DNA from: Nitrospirota bacterium
Lineage (GTDB): Bacteria > Nitrospirota > Thermodesulfovibrionia > Thermodesulfovibrionales > UBA6898
Reading direction: 5' to 3'
Assembly (NCBI GenBank): GCA_040753635.1
Contig: JBFMDL010000001.1
Coordinates: 3,714 to 67,713, forward strand
Length of the DNA stretch: 64,000 bases
The position numbers and the translations under genes are program-made. Of the stretch, positions 26,495-36,290 are shown piece after piece. Within the stretch, counting starts at the first letter, position 1, and each line of letters starts with the position of its first letter. The notes under the pieces were generated by a model that had not been told where the DNA came from, did not search any database, and saw nothing but the letters and a program-made list of their open reading frames with translations.

Positions 26495-27248
26495 GGTTTA
26501 CTCCTTCTATCTTTATCGGTCCGGTTGCGCTGCCGGTAATAAATTGCTTAACAACGGGATTAGCCGTGTTTTTGATTTCCTCAGGTGTTCCGGTTTCTAT
26601 AATCCTTCCGTCATAAAGCATTGATATTTTATCGGCAATTTTATATGCGCTGTTCATATCATGCGTTATTGCCACAGAAGTTACAGAAAGCCTTTCCCTC
26701 ATCTCTATTATCAAATCATTTATCGCATCGGCCATAATAGGATCAAGTCCTGTTGTCGGTTCGTCATAAAGCAGAATTTCGGGTTCATGCGCTATCGCCC
26801 TTGCAAGGCCGACCCTTTTCTTCATGCCTCCGGACAGTTCAGACGGCATAAGGTTCTCTACGCCGACAAGGCCGACCATCTTTAACTTCTCTATCGCTAT
26901 GTCCCTGATTTCACCGGGTTTATTTTTTTTATGCCTTTGCAGCGCAAACCCCACATTCTCCCATACATTCATGGAGTCGAACAAGGCCGCCATCTGGAAC
27001 AGCATCCCGAATTTCTTCCTGATCTCATAGAGTTCGTTCTCTTTAAGGTTTTTTAAATTTATTCCGTCAATAATCACATCACCTTCATCCGGCTTTAAAA
27101 TCCCTATTATATGTTTAAGGATAACACTCTTTCCGGATCCACTGCCTCCTATAATAACCCTGCTTTCGCCTTTTTTAACCTCGATGTCAAGGCCCTTCAG
27201 GACATGATTATCGCCGAATGATTTATGCAAGCCTATCAATTTAATCAT
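26469..27248 (-). CDS. mlaF: ABC transporter ATP-binding protein MlaF
   Basis: Walker A motif GGSGSGKS, signature LSGGMKKR and Walker B LLYDEPTTGLD. Confidence 0.9.
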   Translation of the reverse strand: MIKLIGLHKSFGDNHVLKGLDIEVKKGESRVIIGGSGSGKSVILKHIIGILKPDEGDVIIDGINLKNLKENELYEIRKKFGMLFQMAALFDSMNVWENVGFALQRHKKNKPGEIRDIAIEKLKMVGLVGVENLMPSELSGGMKKRVGLARAIAHEPEILLYDEPTTGLDPIMADAINDLIIEMRERLSVTSVAITHDMNSAYKIADKISMLYDGRIIETGTPEEIKNTANPVVKQFITGSATGPIKIEGVNHERTLNRA

Positions 27249-28018
27249 TTGAACAACAAGCTTGAAAGAAAATAATCAGAAATAAGAATTGTCATGGAAG
27301 ACAAAACCACAGCTCCTGTTGTAGCCTTGCCCACACCTTCAGCTCCTCCGCTTGTGTAGAAGCCCTTGTAACAGCTTATCATAGCTATCGAGGCGCCGAA
27401 AAAACATGCCTTTATCAGTCCGTTATAAATATCATCAATTTCAAGGAAATCCCAGGTCCTTTTCCAATATACTACAGAACTTGCCCCGAATAAGCCCACT
27501 GTAACAATGTATCCGCCAAGAATCCCTATTATATCCGCGCAAACCGAAAGCGCAGGCAGCATTACAAGGCCGGACAGAAACCTCGGTACAATAAGATATT
27601 TTACAGGGTTCGTAGCAAGTGTTTCCAATGCATCTATCTGTTCAGTAACCTTCATTGTTCCCAGCTCTGCAGCCATTGCCGCCCCTGCCCTGCCCGCCAC
27701 TATCAGTCCGGTAAGAACCGGACCGAGTTCCCTTGTCATCGAAAGCGCCACGACCGTGCCAACAAGGGCTTCAGCTCCGAATCTCTTGAATCCTGTATAA
27801 GTCTGCAAAGCAAACACCATGCCTGTAAAAATGGCTGTAACAATCACGACCGGAAGGGATTTTATTCCTATTTCGAGCATCTGTTTAAAGGTATTTCTTA
27901 CCTCAAAGGGCGGCAGGGCAATCTGTTTAACTGTCAACAGAAAGAGTATCAGGATACTCCCGAGTCCTTCAGAAAAGGCGATTATTGTTCTTCCCAGTTT
28001 CTCGATAAGTTTAATCAA
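27245..28018 (-). CDS. mlaE: ABC transporter permease MlaE
   Basis: The protein is 257 aa, multi-TM, and MlaE/YrbE-like (..TRELGPVLTGLIVAGRAGAAMAAELGTMKVTEQIDAL..). Confidence 0.9.
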   Translation of the reverse strand: MIKLIEKLGRTIIAFSEGLGSILILFLLTVKQIALPPFEVRNTFKQMLEIGIKSLPVVIVTAIFTGMVFALQTYTGFKRFGAEALVGTVVALSMTRELGPVLTGLIVAGRAGAAMAAELGTMKVTEQIDALETLATNPVKYLIVPRFLSGLVMLPALSVCADIIGILGGYIVTVGLFGASSVVYWKRTWDFLEIDDIYNGLIKACFFGASIAMISCYKGFYTSGGAEGVGKATTGAVVLSSMTILISDYFLSSLLFK

Positions 28019-29112
28019 TTTATGTATTCCTTTCTTGCTCTGTTCCCGAGTGATGTAATAATCTCATAGGGGATTGTATTTATTCTTGAAGCAAGTTCGG
28101 TTGCCTCAATCATCTCATTCCCCTGCTGTCCAAGGATTACCACTTCATCGCCTTCGGAAATGTCTTCAACCTCTGTAACATCTATCATTGTCAAATCCAT
28201 GCACACCCTGCCCACTACAGGCGCCCTCACGCCTCTGACCAGAACAAAGGCATTGTTGGAGAACATGCGGCTGAATCCGTCTGCATATCCAACCGGGATT
28301 GCCGCTATCCTGCTGTCTCTTTTAGTAACAAAAGTCCTGCCGTAACTCACCGGGGAGCCTGCATTCATATTTCTTATAACGAGTATTCTGGTTTTAATTT
28401 TCATAACCGGAGTAAGTCCGTGACTTTCGCTGAAAGGCGAATAACCGTAAAGCATCAGTCCCGGTCTGACGGCATCAAGCAATGCATCCTCAAAGGAAAG
28501 GATAGCAGCGCTGTTTGCCATATGTGAGATTAAATGACGTCCGCATTTTTCCAAAATATTCTTTCTTATTCTATTGAAAACCCCGAGCTGGAACACTGCA
28601 TATGACCTGTCCGACAGGTCGGCTTCAGAAAAATGACTCAACAGCCCCTCTATTTCAACGCCTTCCATCTCTGAAATGCTGACAGCATCTGTCACAGCAT
28701 TTTCAGTATTAAATCCTATCCTGCCCATTCCGGTGTCAATCTTCAAATGCACCGGGATTCTAATCCCTCTTTTTACTGCAGCATTCGAAAATTGTACTGC
28801 CTTGTTTATGTCATAAATCACGGGAATAAGATTATAATCAAAAAAATCCTCTATGTCGCCACTGTCAAAAAGTACAATTATTTTTGCGGAGATGCCGGAT
28901 TCCCTGAGAATCTTTGCCTCTCCGGTATATGCCACGGCCAGATATGACACACCCTCGATTAAAAGTTTTCTCGAAATTTCTATTGAGCCGTGGCCATAAG
29001 CGTCTGCCTTTACTACTGCTATGATATTTCTTTGACCAATTATCTTGCGTATAATTCTAAGATTGTTCCCTAACGCGGAGAGATTTATTTCAGATAAAGG
29101 GCCCCTATTCAC
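28015..29112 (-). CDS. alr: Alanine racemase
   Basis: The PLP-lysine motif [11 protein letters not shown] is present. The protein is 365 aa. Confidence 0.9.
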   Translation of the reverse strand: MNRGPLSEINLSALGNNLRIIRKIIGQRNIIAVVKADAYGHGSIEISRKLLIEGVSYLAVAYTGEAKILRESGISAKIIVLFDSGDIEDFFDYNLIPVIYDINKAVQFSNAAVKRGIRIPVHLKIDTGMGRIGFNTENAVTDAVSISEMEGVEIEGLLSHFSEADLSDRSYAVFQLGVFNRIRKNILEKCGRHLISHMANSAAILSFEDALLDAVRPGLMLYGYSPFSESHGLTPVMKIKTRILVIRNMNAGSPVSYGRTFVTKRDSRIAAIPVGYADGFSRMFSNNAFVLVRGVRAPVVGRVCMDLTMIDVTEVEDISEGDEVVILGQQGNEMIEATELASRINTIPYEIITSLGNRARKEYIN

Positions 29113-29323
29113 TTTTATCTTTTTCTTCGCCTCCCTTGCTTTCTTCTGTTTCCACTTTCTTTTTCGGGGTTACATCAATCTCATCAGGCTCTGAAGATGC
29201 CTTTTTGAAGTTCTTTATCGCCTTACCCAGACCGCTTGCAAGTTCAGGCAGCCTTTTGGCTCCAAACAAGATAAGTATTATGACCAGTATGATAATTAAT
29301 TCCTGCATTCCTAAGCCAAACAT
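29105..29323 (-). CDS. tatA: Twin-arginine translocase subunit TatA/E
   Basis: [42 protein letters not shown] is the canonical TatA N-terminus. Confidence 0.85.
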   Translation of the reverse strand: MFGLGMQELIIILVIILILFGAKRLPELASGLGKAIKNFKKASSEPDEIDVTPKKKVETEESKGGEEKDKSE

Positions 29324-29898
29324 TTATTGCCTCCTTTTATCTTCCTTAGATCATCCATTGTATTTATATTCACAAATGACCTCCCCTCAGGGTCAACCCT
29401 GACTATATCCTGTTCTGAAATATAGTGGACATTAATGTCATCAAACAGATCGAGCATCCCGCGCCTCTTGTATCTTATCCTCTCTTCCATCAGGTTAACA
29501 ATCCTCCCGGAATAGATACCGGGCAATGGCTGAGGCCTTCCATGGAAAAAAGGTATTACAGCATCCTGTCCCCTGTAATTGCCGGTTATTATGCTTACAA
29601 GACCGGCGTTGATAAACGGCATGTCACACGCAACAACAAAAATTTCCCGGGCGCGTGTGCAGACGAAGGCAGAAAAAATACCTGTCATAGGTCCCCTGAA
29701 ATTCAAGATATCTCCTATCATGTCACATCCAAGATAAAAATAAAGTTCCGGGCTATTGGTGCTTATGAATACTTTACTAAAGTATTTCTTGAGCAATTCC
29801 ACATTTGTTTCGACAATTCTCCTGCCATTGACTCTTAAAAGTCCTTTATCGCATTGAATTCGCCTGTTTTCTCCTCCGGCCAGGATTATTGCATACAT
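29311..29898 (-). CDS. mobA: Molybdenum cofactor guanylyltransferase MobA
   Basis: N-terminal [10 protein letters not shown] motif and a MobA-like fold length of 195 aa. Confidence 0.8.
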   Translation of the reverse strand: MYAIILAGGENRRIQCDKGLLRVNGRRIVETNVELLKKYFSKVFISTNSPELYFYLGCDMIGDILNFRGPMTGIFSAFVCTRAREIFVVACDMPFINAGLVSIITGNYRGQDAVIPFFHGRPQPLPGIYSGRIVNLMEERIRYKRRGMLDLFDDINVHYISEQDIVRVDPEGRSFVNINTMDDLRKIKGGNKCLA

Positions 29899-29976
29899 AT
29901 TTAAATTACTAAATAGTTTATTAAAAAACTGCTTTCAATACAAGATAAAAAGTCTCTATACAAAAAGAATTTTTTC

Positions 29977-30005
29977 TTGCTCTATTATTGTATTTTTGTT
30001 ATAAC
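29977..30005 (+). promoter_or_regulatory. Putative sigma70 promoter (TTGCTC-N17-TATAAC)
   Basis: -35 box at 29977-29982 and -10 box at 30000-30005. It lies in an AT-rich region just upstream of the structured segment that precedes rarA. Confidence 0.35.
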
Positions 30006-30011
30006 ATATCT

Positions 30012-30204
30012 AAATGCTGTATTGGGCAGCTACCTGCCCTGTTTGTGATATATGAAAAAGTTGATCCGGCAAATTAGATCTTTTGGGAGCCTGCGTAAGT
30101 CGTTGGTGTGCATGTTGCCAATAAGGCAAAAGCCTGAAAACCTCTTCAAGGCACCCACCTATAAAATAGGCGGATCTAATCTTTCATGTACACGGCAGGG
30201 CGGG
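30012..30204 (+). ncRNA. Candidate structured RNA or long structured 5' leader of rarA (class unknown; rod-like, 6S-like shape)
   Basis: A long imperfect closing stem pairs 30037-30070 with 30169-30200 (for example ATGAAA/TTTCAT and GATCCG/CGGATC), and its wobble pairs are G-U compatible on the plus strand only. Internal hairpins are TTGCC-AATAA-GGCAA and GCCTGAA/TTCAAGGC. No plausible coding signal is present. Confidence 0.3.
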
Positions 30205-30406
30205 ATTAATATAACTCTATTAAGGCTGGTGTCTATGGTTTTTATTTTTTTGGGGGAGAAATTTAAAAGAAATACAACAAAAAAGACAATTGAGTCTGAT
30301 CTCTCAGGCTTTTGTATAGATTTCTGTAATAACATTGCTTTTTATAATAAAACTTTTTCACCTCCAAAAGCCTTATTCAAACCATAGTCCGGCCCGGGAC
30401 TAAATA

Positions 30407-31687
30407 TTGGAACTTTTTAAAGCTGAAAGCGATAAAAAACATCCGCTTGCCTGGCGAATGCAGCCCGAGGATTTTAACGATTTCCTCGGACAGTCTCATT
30501 TGCTTGACAAAAACAAGCCTCTGAGAAGGCTTATTGAGGAAGATAAGATGGTTTCCCTGATATTTTATGGTCCGCCCGGCACCGGCAAGACCGCTTTGGC
30601 GCATATTATTGCGAGAAAGACCAGGGCTGACTTTAAATCGATAAATGCGGTTACATCCGGGATAAAAGACATCAGGGATGCCGTATTATACAAGAAATCC
30701 GAAAAAACAATACTCTTTGTAGATGAAATACACAGGTTTAACAGGGTACAGCAGGATGCCCTGCTCCCATTTGTCGAGACAGGAGAGATAACCCTTATAG
30801 GCGCTTCTACACAAAACCCGTTTTTTTCGCTTGTTCCCGCCCTGTCTTCCAGGTCATTAATCTTTCAGTTTGAGCCCCTTTCCGGGGAAGATATAAAGAA
30901 ACTTATACATAAAGCGCTCTCGTCCGGCCGCGGTTTGGGCGTCTATGATATTGAAATTGAAGATAATGCCGTCGATTTTATCGCTTCAGTCAGCGAAGGT
31001 GATGCACGGAGGGCATTAAACATACTGGAACTGTCTTTCATCTCATCTTTTCAGGACAGCAAAAACAGATACATTATTACTCTTAGCCATGTTAAAGACG
31101 TCCTGCAAAAAAAGACAATCTATTATGATGAAGATGACCACTACAATACTGTTTCAGCTTTTATCAAAAGCATGCGCGGCTCTGACCCTGATGCCGCCGT
31201 GTACTGGCTGGCCAGGATGCTCGAATCCGGAGAAGACCCCTTATTCATAGCAAGGAGGATTGTAATCTGCGCATCCGAAGATGTGGGCAATGCTGATCCG
31301 AACGCCCTTGTTTTAGCTGTTTCAGCAATGGAGGCATTGGAGAAGATAGGGATGCCCGAAGGAAGAATACCCCTCTCTCAGGCTGCCATTTACATCGCCG
31401 CTGCGCCAAAAAGCAATGCTTCATACATTGCGCTTGACAAGGCTATTGAGGATATCAGAAAAGAACCTGTCCAGCAGGTCCCTGCACACCTTAAAGATTC
31501 CCATTACTCAGGAGCCAAAAGGCTCGGTGCCGGAAAGGGATATTTATATCCGCATAACTTCGAAGGTCACAATGTAAAACAGGATTATATGGATAAGCGC
31601 AAAACATTTTACACACCTTCTTCTGAAGGTTATGAAAAAATTATCAAATCAAGGCTACAAAAAAGGAGGAGCACACCAGATGATTAA
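30407..31687 (+). CDS. rarA: Replication-associated recombination protein A (RarA/MgsA)
   Basis: [12 protein letters not shown] motif, Walker A motif GPPGTGKT, Walker B motif [10 protein letters not shown], and a MgsA C-terminal domain. The start codon is TTG. Confidence 0.9.
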   Translation: MELFKAESDKKHPLAWRMQPEDFNDFLGQSHLLDKNKPLRRLIEEDKMVSLIFYGPPGTGKTALAHIIARKTRADFKSINAVTSGIKDIRDAVLYKKSEKTILFVDEIHRFNRVQQDALLPFVETGEITLIGASTQNPFFSLVPALSSRSLIFQFEPLSGEDIKKLIHKALSSGRGLGVYDIEIEDNAVDFIASVSEGDARRALNILELSFISSFQDSKNRYIITLSHVKDVLQKKTIYYDEDDHYNTVSAFIKSMRGSDPDAAVYWLARMLESGEDPLFIARRIVICASEDVGNADPNALVLAVSAMEALEKIGMPEGRIPLSQAAIYIAAAPKSNASYIALDKAIEDIRKEPVQQVPAHLKDSHYSGAKRLGAGKGYLYPHNFEGHNVKQDYMDKRKTFYTPSSEGYEKIIKSRLQKRRSTPDD

Positions 31688-33242
31688 TCCACTATATCTG
31701 TTTATAGCTGTCGTTACCGGAATTGCAGCTGGCCTGATTCTGAGTTTAGTATACAGAAATGCATTAAAAAGCCAGAGGAAGTCTATAGAATCGGAAAGAG
31801 AAAAAATAAAAGAAGAGGCACTGAAAAACGCCGAATCCATTAAAAAAGAGGCCTCCATGGAGGCCAAGGACATTATTTATCAGGCCAAACTGGAAGCTGA
31901 AAAGGAATTAAGAGAAAGGCGTTCCGAACTTAACCACCTGGAGAAAAGGCTCAGACAGAGGGAGGAAACTCTCGAAAGAAAATTTGATCAAATCGAGAAA
32001 AGGGAGCATGATTTAAGCAAACGTGAAAAAGAATACAACTCAAAAGAGCGTATATTGCAGGACAAGGAAAACCGTTACAACAATCTTATTAAAGAGCAGG
32101 TCCAGGTCCTCGAAAAACTGTCCGGCATAACCACTGAAGAGGCGAAGCAGGAGATACTCAGACGCACCGAGGATGAGGCAAAATTTGAAGTTGCGAAGCT
32201 GATTAAAAGGATTGAAGATGAGGCAAGGGAAACAGCCGAAAAAAAATCCAAAGAAATAATAGGACTTTCCATACAGCGCTATGCAAGCGATTACGTGGCT
32301 GATGCGACTGTAACTGCGGTGAGCCTGCCGAACGATGAAATGAAAGGCAGGATCATAGGGAGGGAAGGAAGAAACATCAGGGCGCTGGAGGCAGCCACCG
32401 GGGTTGACCTTATTGTTGATGATACCCCCGAGATGGTTACGCTTTCCGCATTTGACCCCGTAAGGCGTGAAATCGCCAGGCTTTCGCTTGAACGTCTTAT
32501 TGCAGACGGGAGAATCCATCCCACAAGAATAGAGGAGATTGTAGAAAAAGTAAGAAGGGAAGTCGAATCGAGCATCAGGGAGGAAGGGGAAAAGTCTGTC
32601 TTTGACCTTGGACTTTCGGGCATCCATCCTGAACTTATCAAGATACTCGGCAGACTTAAATACAGAACATCATACGGTCAGAATGTCCTTCAACATTCAC
32701 GTGAAGTGGCATATTTTTCAGGCATGATGGCAGGCGAACTCGGAGTTGATGTTAAACTGGCAAAAAGGGCCGGGCTTCTTCATGATATCGGCAAGGCCGT
32801 TGATCACGAAATTGACGGCTCCCATCAGGAAATCGGAGCCAACCTCGCCCGCAAATACGGTGAGAACAACAAGGTGGTAAACGCCGTTCTGGTTCACCAC
32901 GGCGAGGGTGAACCCATAACTGTTGAAGCTGCCCTGGTGGCAGCTGCAGATGCGCTTTCAGCAGCAAGGCCGGGGGTGAGGAGGGAAAGCATAGAACACT
33001 ATTTAAAACGCCTCGAAAAACTTGAACAGATGGCCCTTTCCTTCAAAGGCGTTGATAAATGTTATGCCATTCAGGCAGGCAGGGAGATCAGAATAATAGT
33101 CAAACCCGAAGATATCAATGATGAAATGTCAGCCATGATCTCACGGGATCTTGCAAAAAAAATAGAATCTGAAATGTCATATCCCGGTCAGATAAAAGTC
33201 ACCGTTATAAGGGAATCAAGATATGTTGAATACGCCAAATAG
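31680..33242 (+). CDS. rny: Ribonuclease Y
   Basis: N-terminal TM helix, a long coiled coil, a KH domain ([13 protein letters not shown]) and an HD domain (LLHDIGKA). The start was chosen at the ATG preceded by an AAGGAGG RBS, and it overlaps the rarA stop by 8 nt. Confidence 0.9.
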   Translation: MINPLYLFIAVVTGIAAGLILSLVYRNALKSQRKSIESEREKIKEEALKNAESIKKEASMEAKDIIYQAKLEAEKELRERRSELNHLEKRLRQREETLERKFDQIEKREHDLSKREKEYNSKERILQDKENRYNNLIKEQVQVLEKLSGITTEEAKQEILRRTEDEAKFEVAKLIKRIEDEARETAEKKSKEIIGLSIQRYASDYVADATVTAVSLPNDEMKGRIIGREGRNIRALEAATGVDLIVDDTPEMVTLSAFDPVRREIARLSLERLIADGRIHPTRIEEIVEKVRREVESSIREEGEKSVFDLGLSGIHPELIKILGRLKYRTSYGQNVLQHSREVAYFSGMMAGELGVDVKLAKRAGLLHDIGKAVDHEIDGSHQEIGANLARKYGENNKVVNAVLVHHGEGEPITVEAALVAAADALSAARPGVRRESIEHYLKRLEKLEQMALSFKGVDKCYAIQAGREIRIIVKPEDINDEMSAMISRDLAKKIESEMSYPGQIKVTVIRESRYVEYAK

Positions 33243-33260
33243 GACAAAATCCGTTAATGA

Positions 33261-33310
33261 CGCCCCCCCTATATCCCCTTTTACTAAGTGGAGAGTCAAG
33301 GAGGGGTTTT
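33261..33310. repeat. C/G-tract repeat (same family as 16889-16928)
   Basis: CGCCCCCCCTATATCCCCTTTTACTAAGTGGAGAG...GGAGGGGTTTT. About 80 percent of the ~32 aligned nt match the copy at 16.9 kb. Confidence 0.5.
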
Positions 33311-33314
33311 AAAT

Positions 33315-34097
33315 ATGAGGGTGCTTTTTATCGGAGATATAGTCGGAAACGTAGGCAGGTCGGCTGTTAAATCCCTGCTTCCTAAACTTATAGACAAATA
33401 CAAGGCTGAATTTGTCATAGCCAATGGCGAAAACATTGCCGGTGGTTTTGGTTTGACGGAAGCCCTCGTTGCCGAAATATTTAAAATGGGAGTCCATATT
33501 ATAACTACAGGCAACCACGTATGGGATAAAAAAGATTTTATCAGCTATATCTCGAAAGACAACCGCGTTCTGAGGCCTCTTAATTACCCACCGGGCGTCC
33601 CGGGCTGCGGGAGTATTGTGTTTAATTCTTCCAATGGTCTGAAGGTAGGCGTCATGAATGTCTCCGGCAGGATATTCATGACCAACATGGACTGCCCCTT
33701 CCGAACAGTCGAAAAAGAGCTGGAAGGGATGTTAAAGGAGACAAAAATAATCATAATAGACTTTCATGCGGAAGCCACATCTGAAAAAATCGCATTCGGC
33801 TATTTCCTTGATGGGAAGGCAAGCGCGGTAATTGGAACTCACACGCATGTTCAGACGGCAGACGAAAAAATACTTCCTAATGGCACGGCGTACATAACAG
33901 ATGCGGGAATGACAGGACCTTCGAATTCCGTCATTGGCATAGAGGTCGAACAGATTATCCAGCGTTTTCTTACAAACATGCCATCCAGGTTTGAAACAGC
34001 CCGCGGAGAGGGTATTTTGTCAGCGGTCATTATAGAGATAAACAAGGATACCGGAAGGGCGACGGGAATACAGAGATTGCAGATAAAATATCCTTAA
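33315..34097 (+). CDS. ymdB: TIGR00282-family metallophosphoesterase (YmdB-like 2',3'-cyclic-nucleotide phosphodiesterase)
   Basis: MRVLFIGDIVG, NGEN and GNH motifs are present. The rny-ymdB gene order is conserved. The start was chosen after the AGGAGGGG RBS. Confidence 0.85.
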   Translation: MRVLFIGDIVGNVGRSAVKSLLPKLIDKYKAEFVIANGENIAGGFGLTEALVAEIFKMGVHIITTGNHVWDKKDFISYISKDNRVLRPLNYPPGVPGCGSIVFNSSNGLKVGVMNVSGRIFMTNMDCPFRTVEKELEGMLKETKIIIIDFHAEATSEKIAFGYFLDGKASAVIGTHTHVQTADEKILPNGTAYITDAGMTGPSNSVIGIEVEQIIQRFLTNMPSRFETARGEGILSAVIIEINKDTGRATGIQRLQIKYP

Positions 34098-34179
34098 TAA
34101 CTATCCGACTATTCCAAGACATTCAGCCAAGTTTTTTCTGACAACAGTTCTTTTTTTGTTATATAATTGAAAACTGAAA

Positions 34180-34566
34180 ATGTACTGCTTAAATTGCTCC
34201 ATAGAAAATTCAGAGGGACGGAAATTCTGCAGGGAATGCGGTTCATCTATTATGAATTTATGCCGGAAATGCGGTTTCATTAATTCCCTTACCGACAAAT
34301 ACTGCGGGGGGTGCGGGACAGGTCTCCAGAGTCATAAGAAACCGGCCAGCGAAGACAGTATGTCCCCGGATGAATCTCTTGAAATTTCGGGGAAATATTC
34401 TAAAGATGATATCAGCGAACTGTTTGACAGGCAATCTAAAAGCCGGGATAAAGACGCAAAGAAAAAGGATACAAAGGATACAGATGAGGTCTCCCAGGAA
34501 CTTATTGACCTGATTTTCGGCCCTGATGATAAAGAAAAAACAGAAAAAGACAAAGAAAAAGAGTAA
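34180..34566 (+). CDS. Double zinc-ribbon protein with an acidic/lysine-rich tail
   Basis: MYCLNCS...CRECG...CRKCG...CGGCG followed by a K/D/E-rich C-terminus. Its TAA overlaps the ATG at 34566 (TAATG). Confidence 0.5.
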   Translation: MYCLNCSIENSEGRKFCRECGSSIMNLCRKCGFINSLTDKYCGGCGTGLQSHKKPASEDSMSPDESLEISGKYSKDDISELFDRQSKSRDKDAKKKDTKDTDEVSQELIDLIFGPDDKEKTEKDKEKE

Positions 34567-34772
34567 TGTTTATTCGTGAACTGAACCTCAAGCTCGGTGA
34601 AATACTTATTGAAAAAGGCATAATCAACTGAGACCATCTCGAAACTGCGCTGAAAGAACAGAAGTCCCGCGGGATAGATCAAAAGAGAATCGGCAGTTAT
34701 CTCATAGAACTCGGTTATGTAAGCGAAGAGGATATAACCAATGCTCTCGGCATACAGTTTAATCTCCCGGTT

Positions 34773-36269
34773 ATGCATATTGAGGATCTTCGCATAAAGC
34801 CGGAAGTCATCGATTTTGTCCCTGAAGTCATAGCAAAACGATTCAATATCATACCTCTTTTTAAGATTTCAAATGAACTGACGCTGGCCGTTTCAGACCC
34901 GACTGACATCAACCTGCTGGATATAGTCAGTGCGGAAACTAAATGCAAGGTTATTCCTGTAATAGCCCCGTATTCGGAAATTTCCAGGGCTATCGAAAGG
35001 CATTATTCAAGAAAAATCGAAACCCAGCTTTTTGAAAAGTCGAAAGAATCCGAGCATACAGAGATAAGCAGGTCGGAGATTGAGGAGCTTAAAAGAGCAG
35101 GAGTTGATCTCCCCATAGTGAAAATCGTGGACCGAATTCTCATTGAGGCCGTTGAAGAAGGCGTCAGCGATATCCATATAGAACCACGGGAAGATGCCCT
35201 GACCGTCAGATTCAGGGTTGACGGAATTTTGCATGAATATTTGTCGTATCCTATCAAGATGCATCCCGGTATTGTATCGAGAACAAAAATACTTTCCTCT
35301 CTCGACATATCGGAAAGGCAAAAACCACAGGACGGCCGGATACAGGTCAAGATAGACAACAAGGAAATCGACATAAGAGTTTCCACATTACCCACATATT
35401 ATGGAGAAAAGGTGGTAATGAGATTGCTTAACAGGGCATCCGTAAGGGTCCGGATAGAAGAACTTGGTTTCTCGGAGAGAAATTTCAGCGCTTTCCAGGA
35501 ACTGATTAAAGAGCCTTACGGGATAATACTGGTTACAGGCCCTACCGGAAGCGGTAAAACCACAACACTTTATGCTGCGCTCAACGAAATAAATTCGGTC
35601 GGGAAAAACATCATAACTGTTGAAGATCCGGTGGAATACCAGCTGCCGATAATAAACCAGGTGCAGATTAATCTTAAAAAAGACCTTACTTTTGCGAATG
35701 CATTACGCTCTATTTTAAGACAGGATCCCGATATAATAATGATCGGGGAGATTAGAGACCCGGAGACTGCCTCAATAGCTGCCGAGTCAGCGCTTACAGG
35801 ACATCTTGTTTTCAGCACACTTCACACAAATGATGCGCCGAGTTCGATAACAAGGCTTACGGATATGGGGGTTGAACCCTTTCTGCTTTCGCCATCTCTT
35901 CTGGGGATTATAGCTCAAAGACTCGTCAGAAAAATATGCACTGACTGCAAAGAGGAATACTCGCCAGCTTTACAAGAGCTTGGCGCGGTGGGATTGTCGA
36001 CTCCTGTGGAGAACTTAAAATTTTATAAGGGCATCGGATGTGATAACTGCAGTCACTCCGGGTACAAGGGGAGAACAGGCATCCACGAAATTCTTGTTGT
36101 CGATGAAAGGATAAGAGAACTGATAACCCACAGGGCGTCAGCCGACGTGATCCGTCAGGAAGCTTCAAGGAAAGGTTTTAAGGACATGAGGTTTGACGGA
36201 CTCAAGAAGGTTATTTCGGGCATGACAACTGTGGAAGAACTGCTGAGAGTTACAAGGGATACAAAATAG
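34773..36269 (+). CDS. PilB/GspE-family secretion ATPase (uninterrupted ORF part; the conserved N-terminal domain continues upstream across an in-frame TGA to ATG 34566)
   Basis: Walker A motif GPTGSGKTTT, Asp/His boxes and a C-terminal CTDC...CDNC cluster. Upstream and in frame, MFIRELNLKLGEILIEKGIIN-TGA-DHLETALKEQ...LGYVSEEDITNALGIQFNLPV is a typical T2SSE_N repeat. Confidence 0.85.
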   Translation: MHIEDLRIKPEVIDFVPEVIAKRFNIIPLFKISNELTLAVSDPTDINLLDIVSAETKCKVIPVIAPYSEISRAIERHYSRKIETQLFEKSKESEHTEISRSEIEELKRAGVDLPIVKIVDRILIEAVEEGVSDIHIEPREDALTVRFRVDGILHEYLSYPIKMHPGIVSRTKILSSLDISERQKPQDGRIQVKIDNKEIDIRVSTLPTYYGEKVVMRLLNRASVRVRIEELGFSERNFSAFQELIKEPYGIILVTGPTGSGKTTTLYAALNEINSVGKNIITVEDPVEYQLPIINQVQINLKKDLTFANALRSILRQDPDIIMIGEIRDPETASIAAESALTGHLVFSTLHTNDAPSSITRLTDMGVEPFLLSPSLLGIIAQRLVRKICTDCKEEYSPALQELGAVGLSTPVENLKFYKGIGCDNCSHSGYKGRTGIHEILVVDERIRELITHRASADVIRQEASRKGFKDMRFDGLKKVISGMTTVEELLRVTRDTK

Positions 36270-36290
36270 AGTGTTATGTTAAAATAATCG

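Noticed and set aside
30052-30387. A 111-aa ORF in the mobA-rarA intergenic region.
   Set aside because: It has no Shine-Dalgarno sequence, an odd basic/Cys-rich composition, and overlaps a region with strong RNA secondary structure. I treated the region as non-coding.
34632-34700. A search for a SECIS-like hairpin after the TGA in the PilB-like gene.
   Set aside because: I found only weak 3-5-bp pairings (CUGCG/CGCGG). The sequence context (GIIN-x-DHL) is not a redox motif. Selenocysteine is therefore not favoured for this TGA, unlike the one at 12983-12985.
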